Positions 48,796 to 59,595 of a DNA stretch of 64,000 nucleotides are shown one piece after another (the stretch's first letter is position 1; each line of letters opens with the position of its first letter). Below the pieces are notes generated by a model. It ran no database searches. It saw only the letters and a list, made by a program, of their open reading frames with translations, and was not told where the DNA came from. The translations under genes were made by a program, and so were the position numbers. The DNA comes from Longimicrobiales bacterium (GTDB taxonomy: Bacteria > Gemmatimonadota > Gemmatimonadetes > Longimicrobiales > Gaopeijiaceae): assembly GCA_965238005.1 (NCBI GenBank), contig OZ250165.1, forward strand, positions 4,448,001 to 4,512,000, read 5' to 3'.

Positions 48796-51456
48796 CTAGG
48801 CGCCCTGGGCGGTGGACTCGAGGTCATCCCGCTCGAGGTCATGCAGCACGCCACGGATTCGCTCGATCAGCTCATCGTCTGAAAGTTTGTTCTCACCGGG
48901 ATCTCCGAGGAGCTCCGTCAGCTCGTCCCGAAGGTGCTTGCCCGCGTACGCGGGGCGGCTTCCCAAGCCTTCCCAGATGGCCCGCGCGTCCTCCATATGT
49001 CCCGCGCCGATGAGGAAGAAGGCGAGGTCGTGGGCGCAGAACCACAATAGCGGCAGGTCTCCGGACACGATGAACGAGCGAAGCGCTCGAGAGAGTTGTA
49101 CTCGCCCCCTGCCGGGCTCTTCCACACGGACGATGGCAGTCGCTGCTTGGGCCGCCGCAATGCCAGCGACCAGGGGGAGTCCGTGACGCCCGGCGAGCTC
49201 GCATGATCGATCGAAGTTCCGCAGCGCGAGCTCGGGGTCGCTATCCGAATAGGCACGCCCCGTGGCGAAATACGCCCAGCCGAGGGCCGTGGTGTTCCCG
49301 GTCTCCTCCGCGGCCTCGAGCGCCTCGGCCGCGATGCGCTTAGCCTCGTCCATGCGCCCCGCCATCACCGCTTCTGTCGCCTCCAGGCTCTTGAGCGTCG
49401 TCGCCCAGGCCTGGTTCCCGGTGCGCACTACGCTCTCCACCGCACGCTGAATGACGTCGTCGATATCGGCGCTCCCCAAGACTGCCGCAACCGACCACCT
49501 AGCCCACGCTTGGAGGCACGCCTCATCGAGGTCGATGTTCTCGGAACGATCCATTCCGGACGCGAGCCGGGTCGCATCGTCGATTCGCCCACCCTGTGCG
49601 CGGAGGTGGACGGCCACGGCCCGAGCGTAGGGCGGCTCAGGGATGAGGGCCAGCGCCGCTTCGGCCCAGTTCCCCACCTCGTACCGTAGCGATTGCCACG
49701 CCCACCATTGGAGTGGTTTCAACAGCGCGCCCACGGCATCGCGGTCCTCGTTGTCGATCGCCGCATGGACGGCCGAGCGGAGATTCTCGAACTCGTGGCC
49801 GATAGCCCGGATCCAGGGGGCGTCATCCGGGCTCCAGAATCCGGTCCAAGCGTCCCGCATGAAGCTGGCGAACCACTGGACGTGCCGGTCTTGAACCTTC
49901 CCTCCTTCACCCGATGCGATCAACTGCTCCTCACCGAATTGCCGGAGCGTCTCGAGAAGCCTGTAGCGCGTTCCGTCTTCGGTGTCCGATGCCAGGACCA
50001 TCGATCGGTCGACCAACGCGGCGATGGCCTCCTCGGCATCCAACGCGTCCATGTCGTCGCCGCTCGTAACTTCTTTGGCCGCTTCCAGCGTGAATCCCCC
50101 TGCGAACGCACTGAGTCGATCGAAGACGCGCTGTTCCAAGTCCTCGAGCAGCTCGTATGACCACGCGACCGTATTCCGCAGCGTCTGGTGACGCTCCTCA
50201 CGACCTCTCCGGCTGCCCCGAAGGAGCCGGAAGCGATCGTCGAGGCGCTTCTCGATCTCTTCCGGGCTCAAACTCGCGCATCGGGCCGCCGCGAGCTCGA
50301 TAGCTAAAGCAATGCCGTCCAGGCGAGCGCTCAGCCGGGCGAGCACCTCCGGGTCCATCTCGCTCTCGGAGCCCGCAGCCCTTGCCCGATCCCGGAATAG
50401 CTCCGCGCCCTCCGTGTCGCTCAAGGACTTCAGGCGCAGTACCCGCTCGCCCCGGATCGCCAGGCTCTCGCGGCTCGTAGCGAGAATCCGGGCCGCCGGA
50501 CATCGGGTGGTGACGGCGCTCGCGAGATCGGCCGCGACTTCGAGCACGTGTTCGCAGTTATCCAGGACGAGCAGGACCGAGCGGTGCCTCAACGAGTCGA
50601 CCACGGACTCGGTGATCGACTTGCCCGGCTGCTGGACCGCACCGATCACATCAGCGATCACATGAGGTACCGCCTCTTCAAGCGTCGCCGGGGCAAGCTC
50701 GGCCAGCCAAGCTCCATCACCAAAGCGTGGAAGTAGGCGAGTCGAGGCTTCGATCGCCAGCCGGGTCTTTCCCGTGCCGCCTGGTCCGGTGAGCGTCAGC
50801 AGATCAACGCCGTCGCCCAGTAGGTCAGTGATTTCAGTGATCTCCCGCTCGCGGCCCACGAGCCGCGTCACCTGGATGGGGAGGTTAGTCAGTCGGTTCT
50901 CGAGGGTTCTGAGCGGCGGGAAGTCGCGCGGCAGCGCCGCGTGGAGGAGCTGGAATAGCCGGTCCGGCTCGCTCAGATCCTTGAGGCGATGCTCGCCGAG
51001 ATCGAGGACCGCGAAGCCGGTGTCCTCTTCCTCGATCAGTCCACGCGTCGTGTGCGAAAGGAGAACCTGCCTGCCGTGCCCGGCCGCGCAGATGCGCGCC
51101 CCGCGGTGGACACCTACGCCGACGTAACCCTCGCTCGTCGCCGTCGCCTCGCAGGTGTGGATGCCCATGCGCACCCGGAGCTCTCGGCCGTCCGGCCACG
51201 CGTGCCCCGCGAATGTGCGTTGCGCCTCTACCGCGGCACGGACGGCATCCTGCGCCCGTCTGAACGCTACGAAGAAAGCGTCCCCCTGCGTGTCGACCTC
51301 GTAGCCACCGTGCCGTGCGACCACGTCGCGCAGGAGCCGGCGGTGGCTCTCAAGTGCGTCCCGGTATCGATCAGCTCCCAGTTCCCGGAGTAGCTGGGTC
51401 GACCCCTCGATGTCCGTGAAGAGGAACGTGACAGTCCCGGTCGGGAGATCAGGCAT
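48796..51456 (-). CDS. Class III adenylate/guanylate cyclase + STAND (NB-ARC-like) ATPase + TPR
   Basis: FLFTDIEGST, GDAFF, GPGGTGKT, LVLDNCEH and LDGIALAIELAA. Confidence 0.9.
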   Translation of the reverse strand: MPDLPTGTVTFLFTDIEGSTQLLRELGADRYRDALESHRRLLRDVVARHGGYEVDTQGDAFFVAFRRAQDAVRAAVEAQRTFAGHAWPDGRELRVRMGIHTCEATATSEGYVGVGVHRGARICAAGHGRQVLLSHTTRGLIEEEDTGFAVLDLGEHRLKDLSEPDRLFQLLHAALPRDFPPLRTLENRLTNLPIQVTRLVGREREITEITDLLGDGVDLLTLTGPGGTGKTRLAIEASTRLLPRFGDGAWLAELAPATLEEAVPHVIADVIGAVQQPGKSITESVVDSLRHRSVLLVLDNCEHVLEVAADLASAVTTRCPAARILATSRESLAIRGERVLRLKSLSDTEGAELFRDRARAAGSESEMDPEVLARLSARLDGIALAIELAAARCASLSPEEIEKRLDDRFRLLRGSRRGREERHQTLRNTVAWSYELLEDLEQRVFDRLSAFAGGFTLEAAKEVTSGDDMDALDAEEAIAALVDRSMVLASDTEDGTRYRLLETLRQFGEEQLIASGEGGKVQDRHVQWFASFMRDAWTGFWSPDDAPWIRAIGHEFENLRSAVHAAIDNEDRDAVGALLKPLQWWAWQSLRYEVGNWAEAALALIPEPPYARAVAVHLRAQGGRIDDATRLASGMDRSENIDLDEACLQAWARWSVAAVLGSADIDDVIQRAVESVVRTGNQAWATTLKSLEATEAVMAGRMDEAKRIAAEALEAAEETGNTTALGWAYFATGRAYSDSDPELALRNFDRSCELAGRHGLPLVAGIAAAQAATAIVRVEEPGRGRVQLSRALRSFIVSGDLPLLWFCAHDLAFFLIGAGHMEDARAIWEGLGSRPAYAGKHLRDELTELLGDPGENKLSDDELIERIRGVLHDLERDDLESTAQGA

Positions 51457-51476
51457 CGTAGCGGCCTTCGAGGGCT

Positions 51477-53154
51477 GAGGCCGTGTGAAAACTCACCATG
51501 ATTGAACGGGGAGCGAGCACCTAGGGCGGTGAGCTTGACATTTTGCTGGGAGGGGCGGGAAAGTAGTCGGGTGGGGCGTTGCGGACCTGACAGGGCCGTC
51601 TGGAAGCGCCCCGAAGGGCGAAAAACGGCGCTGAGGACCCCCTCTACGCGAGGGCGTCCAGCAGCTGCGGGACCTCGACGATGTTGAGGACCCGCTTCAG
51701 GTTGTAGGCAAGCACGGTCAGGCTGAACTCGCCGCGGACCTTCCGCATGCCTTTGAGCAGAAAGTACCCCTGGTCCATCCCGCGCTTCATCGTGCCAAAC
51801 GGATGCTCCACTAGCGCTTTGCGCTGCGCGAAGCGCGCCTGCTCCCGCTGGAGCCGTTGCGCCATCTCCTCCATCAGGTGCTCGTCCGCCCACCGTGTGA
51901 TCTTCCGCCCGTCTTTGTTGCGCGTACAGCGGGGCCTGAGTGGACACCGCTTACAGGCGGTGGTCCGATAGTTCTTGATGGTGCGCCCGAGCTCGACGGT
52001 GGTGGTGCGGTAGGTGAGCGTCTTCCCCGCAGGACAGCGATAGAGGTCCCGAGTCCGGTCGTAGACGAAGTCATCTTTGGTGAAGAGCCCGCGCTTGGCA
52101 TTGGCCGAGGTGATCGGTCGGGGCACCAGCGGCGTGAGGCCCGCCTCCACACACGTCTTGATCTCGGCGCCGTGGTAGTAGCCCCGGTCGGCCACCACCA
52201 CCGGCGTCACGTTCCCCAGTACCTCCTGGGCCGCCATGGCCATCGGACTGAGCTGATTCTGGTCGGCGGCGGCGTTGGTGACCGTCTCGGCCACAATCAA
52301 CTTGTGCTTGGCGTCGACCGCGGTCTGGACGTTGTAGCAGATCTCGATGCGGCCCCCGCTCATCATCGGCCGACTGTCGGCATCGGTGAGTGAGAGCGCG
52401 CTCTCCCCACTCGCCGCCAGCTCTTGCTGGAGATCCTCGTAGCGCTCCCGGCGCTGCTTAAGCGCCGCAATCTTCTCGCGCAGGGCGTCGGCGCTCGGCC
52501 GCTCGGTGCCCGCCTCCGCCTCGTCCTGGCGCTCCAAGTCTCGCAGATAGCGCGCGATCGTGCGCTCGATGTCCCGTTGTAGCTTGGCCAAGCGGGCCGC
52601 GGTGTAGCTCCGATCCCGGGCATTGACCGCCCGGAACTTGCTCCCATCGATGGCGAGCAACTCGCCGCCAAAGAGGTCCAGCCGCTTGCACAAGAGAATG
52701 AACTCGCGGCATACGCCCTTCAGCGCCTGCGGGTGATCCCGGCGGAAGTCAGCGATGGTCTTGAAGTCGGGTCGCAGTCCTCGCACCAACCACATCAGCT
52801 CGATGTTGCGATGCGTCTCCTGCTCCAGCCGCCGGCTGGAGCGAATGCGGTGCAGGTAGCCGTATAGGTACAATCGCAGGAGATCACCGGGATCGTAGCC
52901 CGGGCGGCCCGTATCTGCAGGCACCGATCGCTGAAAACTGAGCGTGCCGAGATCGAGCTGCGCCACGAAGGCGTCGAGGAAGCGCACTGGGTTGTCAGCG
53001 GTGACGTAGTCGTCGAGGACCTCAGGGAGGAGCACCACTTGGGTGCGATCCCTGCCGGCGATATAGGCCATGGGCGAAGCTCCGAGCAAGGGGAGCACTG
53101 GCCAAAACACGGGACGTATAATATATGGCACGTCAGGAGTTTTCACACAGGCTC
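51477..53154 (-). mobile_element. IS1182-family element, copy 1
   Basis: IRs gag(c/g)c(t/c)gtgtgaaaactc; ggct flanks both ends (51473-51476, 53155-53158). Confidence 0.92.
51644..53071 (-). CDS. IS1182 transposase
   Basis: GRPGYDP, SSRRLE, PDFKTIADFR, IDGSK, ADRGY and VEHPFGTMK. Confidence 0.93.
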   Translation of the reverse strand: MAYIAGRDRTQVVLLPEVLDDYVTADNPVRFLDAFVAQLDLGTLSFQRSVPADTGRPGYDPGDLLRLYLYGYLHRIRSSRRLEQETHRNIELMWLVRGLRPDFKTIADFRRDHPQALKGVCREFILLCKRLDLFGGELLAIDGSKFRAVNARDRSYTAARLAKLQRDIERTIARYLRDLERQDEAEAGTERPSADALREKIAALKQRRERYEDLQQELAASGESALSLTDADSRPMMSGGRIEICYNVQTAVDAKHKLIVAETVTNAAADQNQLSPMAMAAQEVLGNVTPVVVADRGYYHGAEIKTCVEAGLTPLVPRPITSANAKRGLFTKDDFVYDRTRDLYRCPAGKTLTYRTTTVELGRTIKNYRTTACKRCPLRPRCTRNKDGRKITRWADEHLMEEMAQRLQREQARFAQRKALVEHPFGTMKRGMDQGYFLLKGMRKVRGEFSLTVLAYNLKRVLNIVEVPQLLDALA

Positions 53155-53399
53155 GGCTGCGGTTAGGCGAGAGACGGGATCGGGCACGGGCGCACTCCGG
53201 GATCAGTCCGTGGTCAACATCCGAGAGCGGTCCGGTAGGCGCAAGCGGAAGCCCTCCAGACGCTTGTAATCGCGTTCTGAGCGTCTTCGGGGTTTATTCG
53301 GTATCCTGGGTAGGGTAGCGCGTCCTCGTGGCCTGTGGGTGGCGAAAACCTCGTCTGGCGCGAGATTACTGACCTTTCACGGTTCGATGAGAGCGGGTG

Positions 53400-54339
53400 T
53401 GGATGTGGGATTGGGTACGTATCGTGGGCTGGGGTGTCGTCTCCGCTGAGGAGTCAACGCGATCTCGCGCTTGAGAACGTCGCACTTCGCCACCAGCTGA
53501 TGGTGCTCCAGCGGCAGTCCGGGAGGCCACTGCTCAGGGACCGTGACCGGCTCGTCTGGATGTGCCTGCGCCGCCTCTGGCATGGTTGGCACCGAGCCCT
53601 TGTCGTCGTCAAGCCTGCCACCGTCGTGAAGTGGCACTGCAAGGGTTTCAGAGCTTATTGGCGCTGGAAGAGTCAGCCCGCAGGTGGTCGGCCGAGGATC
53701 GATCGCGAAATACGAGAGTTGATCCGCGACATGTGGCGCTCGAATCCTACCTGGGGCAAGCCGCGCATCCAGGCCGAGTTGCGGCAAGATCGGCATCGAG
53801 GTAAGCGACTCCACGGTCTGGCGGTACCGGCCACCTCGAGGCAGTCCGCCCTCCCAGAGCTGGCGTGCGTTCTTGGACAACCACGTCAGGGGCATCGTCG
53901 CGATCGGCTTCTTCGTGGTTCCAACGGCGACGTTCCACGTCCGTCTACGTGCTCCTCATCATGTCCCACGACCGGCGTCGCATCCTGCCGTGACCGTGAT
54001 GGCATCTTCGGTACTGACTTCGTCCGGTGTGTCGAGTCGATGGGCATCACGGAAGTCGTCACAGCCCCCGCCTCGCCGTGGCAGAATCCTTATTGTGAGC
54101 GCCTGATCGGATCGATCCGGCGAGAGTGCCTCGACCATGTCATCGTTCTCAATGAACGGCACCTCAGGCGGGTTCTTCGCGGCTACGCGTCCTACTACCA
54201 CTCGTCGCGAACTCATCGGTCATTGGACGACGACTACCCTGATCCGCGTCCTGCGGAGCCGCCCGAGATTGGCGATGTGGTAGTCATCGCCCAGGTTGGC
54301 GGGCTTCATTACCGCTACACCCGCCGGCTCGCTGCCTGA
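53400..54339 (+). pseudogene. Integrase-core (rve) transposase, frameshifted and internally deleted
   Basis: LENVALRHQL, GRPRID, RDRDGIFG and PWQNPYCERLIGSIRRECLDH; the middle part is in another frame. Confidence 0.8.
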
Positions 54340-55031
54340 TCTCCCGCCTCCCCGAGGCTGATTGATCCCACCGTCGCGTGCACATGGCGGGACGAGCATC
54401 CTTTTACGTGCTCAAATCCCGATCGTCATGTGCTGAAGTCTGACAAGGCCCAGCCAGATGCATACTCTCCCTGACACCACCAGTGGACAGCCGGTTGACC
54501 CATCCGTATCCCGTCCTGTTTCAAAACCCTGCCTAGCGTGAATCGGTGATTATTCGGGGGGTTAGGATGCCTGCGCCAGGATATTTGCGGTCGGCCGCGG
54601 CGGGTTTTGGAGCCCCGGACCCGATCCAACCTGTGGAACTTGGGTGTGGAAGGTTGAGGCCGAAAAAGCGCCTCAACACCCACTCAACGGGTTTGATCAG
54701 CCCGAATCAGCGGGAAAGGGCGGCATCATCCGGGATTGAGCGGCATCAGCGGCAATTCTCACATAGTCCAGTAGCGACCACTCCCTAACAGAAAGCGCCG
54801 CAAGGTTTTCTGGACCTGCGGCACTTTTGCGTTTCCCTTGCTGTGTCCCGATTGTGTCCGGGAATCAGCCCTCCAACTCCATCCCGGCGCCTCCGTCTAG
54901 CGACCGAGTTCCATCGCGTGGTCATCAAGGGTCGTGGATCAGCCCGTTGGATCGGGTCGAAGCCGTGTGTTGCTCCGCCCGAGTAGCCATATATTGCGGG
55001 ACTCATCGCCCAGCCATCCGAGGAGTTTCGC

Positions 55032-57641
55032 ATGCTCAGTGCCCTCGTTCTCGCCACACTCGTCCAAGTCTCCACGCCTCCTCAAGAGCTCTCTCCCGGG
55101 ACCCGATACGATCCGGCCATCCCAACGCTCGAGAGTGTCGCAGGACATGATTTCAGGGAGAGGGTGACTCCGCCGGACCAGATCATTCGGTACATGGAGG
55201 CGCTGGCCGAGGCGGCCCCGGACCGCACGCAGCTCATTCAGTATGCGGAGAGTTGGGAGGGGCGTCCACTCGTGGTGCTCGTGATCGGCTCCCCGGAGCG
55301 CATGGCTCGGCTCGATGACATCAAAGCGGATCTGGCCTTGCTGGCCGATCCCCGCGGACTGTCGGATGAGGAGTCCCAGGCAGTGCTCGATCGCCTCCCC
55401 GTCGTCACGGCGTTGATGCACGGCGTCCACGGGAACGAGATCAGTTCGAGCGGAGCCGCGATGGCGGAGGCTTACCATCTACTCGCCGCCCGGGGGGACG
55501 CCGGCGTGGACATGGTGCTTCGCGAGTCGCTCGTCCTGATCGATCCGATGGAAAACCCTGACGGCCGGAATCGATTCGTGAATCAGAACACGATGGCCGA
55601 GTCCCGCTGGCCGGATCCCAATACGGCGTCGGCCGAGCACGACGAGCCCTGGCCCGGCGGGCGCGTGAATCACTACCTGTTCGACCTGAACAGAGATCTC
55701 TTCATCCAGAGCCAACCGGAGACCCGCGGCAAGGTCGCATTGTTCAGGGAGTTTCAGCCCCAGATAGTCGTGGATCTCCATGAGATGGGCGGCGACGCCA
55801 CCTACTTCTTCCCCCCAACGGCTCCACCTGAGAATCCCTGGTACGGGGAGCGCCAGATTGCACTCATGGACGTCTTCGGGGCTGCCAACGCCAAGGTCTT
55901 CGACGAGCGGGGCTTCTCCTACTTCAACCGTGACGTCTACGACCTGTTCTTCCCGGGATATGTGGACATGTGGCCCATGAGCCACGGTGCGCTGGGCATG
56001 ACGTATGAGCAGGCGTCTGCGCGGGCTCTCGTTCTCCGCCGCAGCGATGGTGACCTGCTGACGTACGGCGACGGGGTCCTCCATCACTTCACGGCCGCGA
56101 TCGAGACTGCCAAGACGGCTGCGTTGCACCGCGAGCGGATCTTGACCGACTACCTCGCGTTCCGACAAGAGGGGGTCGAGCTGGGTCGCAACGGGCCGGC
56201 CGAGTTGGTCCTGCATTCGGCCCACGATCAGCATGGCGGAGGGCCTGGCCCGAATGCTGGCAAAGAACGGAGTAGAGGTACGTGAGGTGACCGGTCCGGT
56301 CACGGTAGCGGGGCGTACCCTCCCGGCCCGTGGGACCTATATCGTGCCGATGGCGCAACCCGCACACCGCCTGGCTCATGACCTACTGGACGAGCATGTG
56401 CCGATGGACGAGGCCTTCATCCAGCGGCAGGTCGATCGCCGTGCGGAGCGTCTGCAAGACGAGATCTACGATGTGACCGCGTGGAGCCAGTCGCTGCTCT
56501 CGGACGTCGAGGTGCTCGCCTCGGACGACGAGACCGGGGTTGCCGGCGCCATCGTTATGGAGGAGAGACCTCCTGCCCAGAACACGACACTCGCCCCGGC
56601 ACTCGTCGGATATCTGATTCCGTGGGGCTCGGCTGCGGCTTCCACGGTCGCCGAAGCACTCAGAGAGGGCATTCGGATTCGATCAGGAGGAGGTGAGTTC
56701 GTCTTAGGCGATCGCACTTATGCGGTAGGAACCGCCATCGTTCGCACCGGGGAAAACGGACCCGACCTGGCCCTACGCTTGGGTGCAATTGCGGCCAAGC
56801 ACGGCGCCGAGGTCGTGCCGATCGACGACTCCTACGTTCGGGAGGGCATGTCTCTGGGTAGTCGACGGGTGCGAGCCCTCCGCGAGCCGAGAGTGCTCCT
56901 GGTCTACGATCGTCCGGGGGCTACGTATTCGGTCGGCTGGGCCCGTTACGTGCTGGAGCGTCGCTATGGCCAGCGCACGACGGTGGTGCGGACCTCCAGT
57001 CTCGGACGCGTGTCGCTCTCCGATTTCGACGTGGTGATCTTTCCGAGCGGCAACTATTCCGGTTCGGTAGGCGGCGGTCTGGTGCGGAGGCTGCAGGATT
57101 GGATGCGTGACGGCGGCACCCTGATCACGTTGGGCTAGTCCACGCGTTGGGCCACACTCGAGGACGTGGGGCTACTCGCCACGAGGGCCGAGCGGCGGGG
57201 TGGACGCGCCGAGGGCACCGATGCGCCCTCGGAGGACGCGCCGGATCAGCCCATCGACTTCTTGGCGGCCATCGTTCCGAACGACGAATCCCCCGAATCG
57301 GTACCGGGCGTGATCCTCAGGACGCTCTTGAACACGAAGCACTGGCTTTCCTCGGGGACCGATGGCGAGGTGGGGGTTTTCGTGACCGGGGGCCGCGTCT
57401 TCCAGCCCATCACGTTGGATGAGGGCACGAACGTGGGGCGTTATGCAGAGCTGGACGAGCTCGTCATGAGTGGTATGGCCTGGGAGGAGACGCAGCCGTG
57501 AACAACAAGGCGTTCCTGATCCACCAACCGGTGGGCCGTGGACAGATCATCGCCTTCGCCGAGGACCCCAACTATCGAGCCTACCTGGAGACCACGCAGC
57601 TGCTCTTCATGAACGCCGTTCTGCTTGGACCAGGAAGGTGA
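55032..57641 (+). pseudogene. M14 zinc carboxypeptidase with three lesions
   Basis: HGNE, NPDG, DLNRD and DLHEM motifs; frameshift near 56232, in-frame TAG at 57136-57138, frameshift near 57499. Confidence 0.8.
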
Positions 57642-57857
57642 CGTGGGGAAGGCCGAGGGGCCTTCTGTTTTCTCGAGAGCCCCTCAGCGCAGCACCCGGA
57701 AGATGCGGTTGGAGAGCACCGTCACGAGTGGCGTAGCCACGGTGAGGAGCAGAGCTCCTACAACCTTACCCTCACCCCCGGATTCTCGAGGATCTCTTCG
57801 AGGCCGGTGGAGCGGGGGAGATCCACACCCGGGACCTGTCGCGTCCCAACTGGAGCC

Positions 57858-59535
57858 GAGCCTGTGTGAAAACTCCTGACGTGCCATATATTATACGTCC
57901 CGTGTTTTGGCCAGTGCTCCCCTTGCTCGGAGCTTCGCCCATGGCCTATATCGCCGGCAGGGATCGCACCCAAGTGGTGCTCCTCCCTGAGGTCCTCGAC
58001 GACTACGTCACCGCTGACAACCCAGTGCGCTTCCTCGACGCCTTCGTGGCGCAGCTCGATCTCGGCACGCTCAGTTTTCAGCGATCGGTGCCTGCAGATA
58101 CGGGCCGCCCGGGCTACGATCCCGGTGATCTCCTGCGATTGTACCTATACGGCTACCTGCACCGCATTCGCTCCAGCCGGCGGCTGGAGCAGGAGACGCA
58201 TCGCAACATCGAGCTGATGTGGTTGGTGCGAGGACTGCGACCCGACTTCAAGACCATCGCTGACTTCCGCCGGGATCACCCGCAGGCGCTGAAGGGCGTA
58301 TGCCGCGAGTTCATTCTCTTGTGCAAGCGGCTGGACCTCTTTGGCGGCGAGTTGCTCGCCATCGATGGGAGCAAGTTCCGGGCGGTCAATGCCCGGGATC
58401 GGAGCTACACCGCGGCCCGCTTGGCCAAGCTACAACGGGACATCGAGCGCACGATCGCGCGCTATCTGCGAGACTTGGAGCGCCAGGACGAGGCGGAGGC
58501 GGGCACCGAGCGGCCGAGCGCCGACGCCCTGCGCGAGAAGATTGCGGCGCTTAAGCAGCGCCGGGAGCGCTACGAGGATCTCCAGCAAGAGCTGGCGGCG
58601 AGTGGGGAGAGCGCGCTCTCACTCACCGATGCCGACAGTCGGCCGATGATGAGCGGGGGCCGCATCGAGATCTGCTACAACGTCCAGACCGCGGTCGACG
58701 CCAAGCACAAGTTGATTGTGGCCGAGACGGTCACCAACGCCGCCGCCGACCAGAATCAGCTCAGTCCGATGGCCATGGCGGCCCAGGAGGTACTGGGGAA
58801 CGTGACGCCGGTGGTGGTGGCCGACCGGGGCTACTACCACGGCGCCGAGATCAAGACGTGTGTGGAGGCGGGCCTCACGCCGCTGGTGCCCCGACCGATC
58901 ACCTCGGCCAATGCCAAGCGCGGGCTCTTCACTAAAGATGACTTCGTCTACGACCGGACTCGGGACCTCTATCGCTGTCCTGCGGGGAAGACGCTCACCT
59001 ACCGCACCACCACCGTCGAGCTCGGGCGCACCATCAAGAACTATCGGACCACCGCCTGTAAGCGGTGTCCACTCAGGCCCCGCTGTACGCGCAACAAAGA
59101 CGGGCGGAAGATCACACGGTGGGCGGACGAGCACCTGATGGAGGAGATGGCGCAACGGCTCCAGCGGGAGCAGGCGCGCTTCGCGCAGCGCAAAGCGCTA
59201 GTGGAGCATCCGTTTGGCACGATGAAGCGCGGGATGGACCAGGGGTACTTTCTGCTCAAAGGCATGCGGAAGGTCCGCGGCGAGTTCAGCCTGACCGTGC
59301 TTGCCTACAACCTGAAGCGGGTCCTCAACATCGTCGAGGTCCCGCAGCTGCTGGACGCCCTCGCGTAGAGGGGGTCCTCAGCGCCGTTTTTCGCCCTTCG
59401 GGGCGCTTCCAGACGGCCCTGTCAGGTCCGCAACGCCCCACCCGACTACTTTCCCGCCCCTCCCAGCAAAATGTCAAGCTCACCGCCCTAGGTGCTCGCT
59501 CCCCGTTCAATCATGGTGAGTTTTCACACGGCCTC
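57858..59535 (+). mobile_element. IS1182-family element, copy 2 (inverted relative to copy 1)
   Basis: Same IRs; agcc flanks both ends (57854-57857, 59536-59539). Confidence 0.92.
57941..59368 (+). CDS. IS1182 transposase
   Basis: Protein identical to copy 1 in the ORF track. Confidence 0.93.
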   Translation: MAYIAGRDRTQVVLLPEVLDDYVTADNPVRFLDAFVAQLDLGTLSFQRSVPADTGRPGYDPGDLLRLYLYGYLHRIRSSRRLEQETHRNIELMWLVRGLRPDFKTIADFRRDHPQALKGVCREFILLCKRLDLFGGELLAIDGSKFRAVNARDRSYTAARLAKLQRDIERTIARYLRDLERQDEAEAGTERPSADALREKIAALKQRRERYEDLQQELAASGESALSLTDADSRPMMSGGRIEICYNVQTAVDAKHKLIVAETVTNAAADQNQLSPMAMAAQEVLGNVTPVVVADRGYYHGAEIKTCVEAGLTPLVPRPITSANAKRGLFTKDDFVYDRTRDLYRCPAGKTLTYRTTTVELGRTIKNYRTTACKRCPLRPRCTRNKDGRKITRWADEHLMEEMAQRLQREQARFAQRKALVEHPFGTMKRGMDQGYFLLKGMRKVRGEFSLTVLAYNLKRVLNIVEVPQLLDALA

Positions 59536-59595
59536 AGCCGTCGTTAGGAGTGCTCTTGGGGCGCGGGCTGAGAGGGGCTCGCGGAACGGAAGGCT

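Noticed and set aside
48796..51456. Cyclase-STAND-TPR protein as an Avs/CBASS-type defence gene
   Set aside because: It matches the common class III cyclase + predicted ATPase regulator architecture and has no effector partner nearby.
57136..57138. In-frame TAG in the M14 peptidase as pyrrolysine or read-through
   Set aside because: The same gene has two additional frameshifts, and no pyl machinery is visible. Decay is simpler.
53155..57857. Evidence that the segment between the IS1182 copies has already inverted
   Set aside because: Identical TSDs are uninformative, and the rebuilt copy-1 target resembles the motif at ~26032, which favours the present arrangement.
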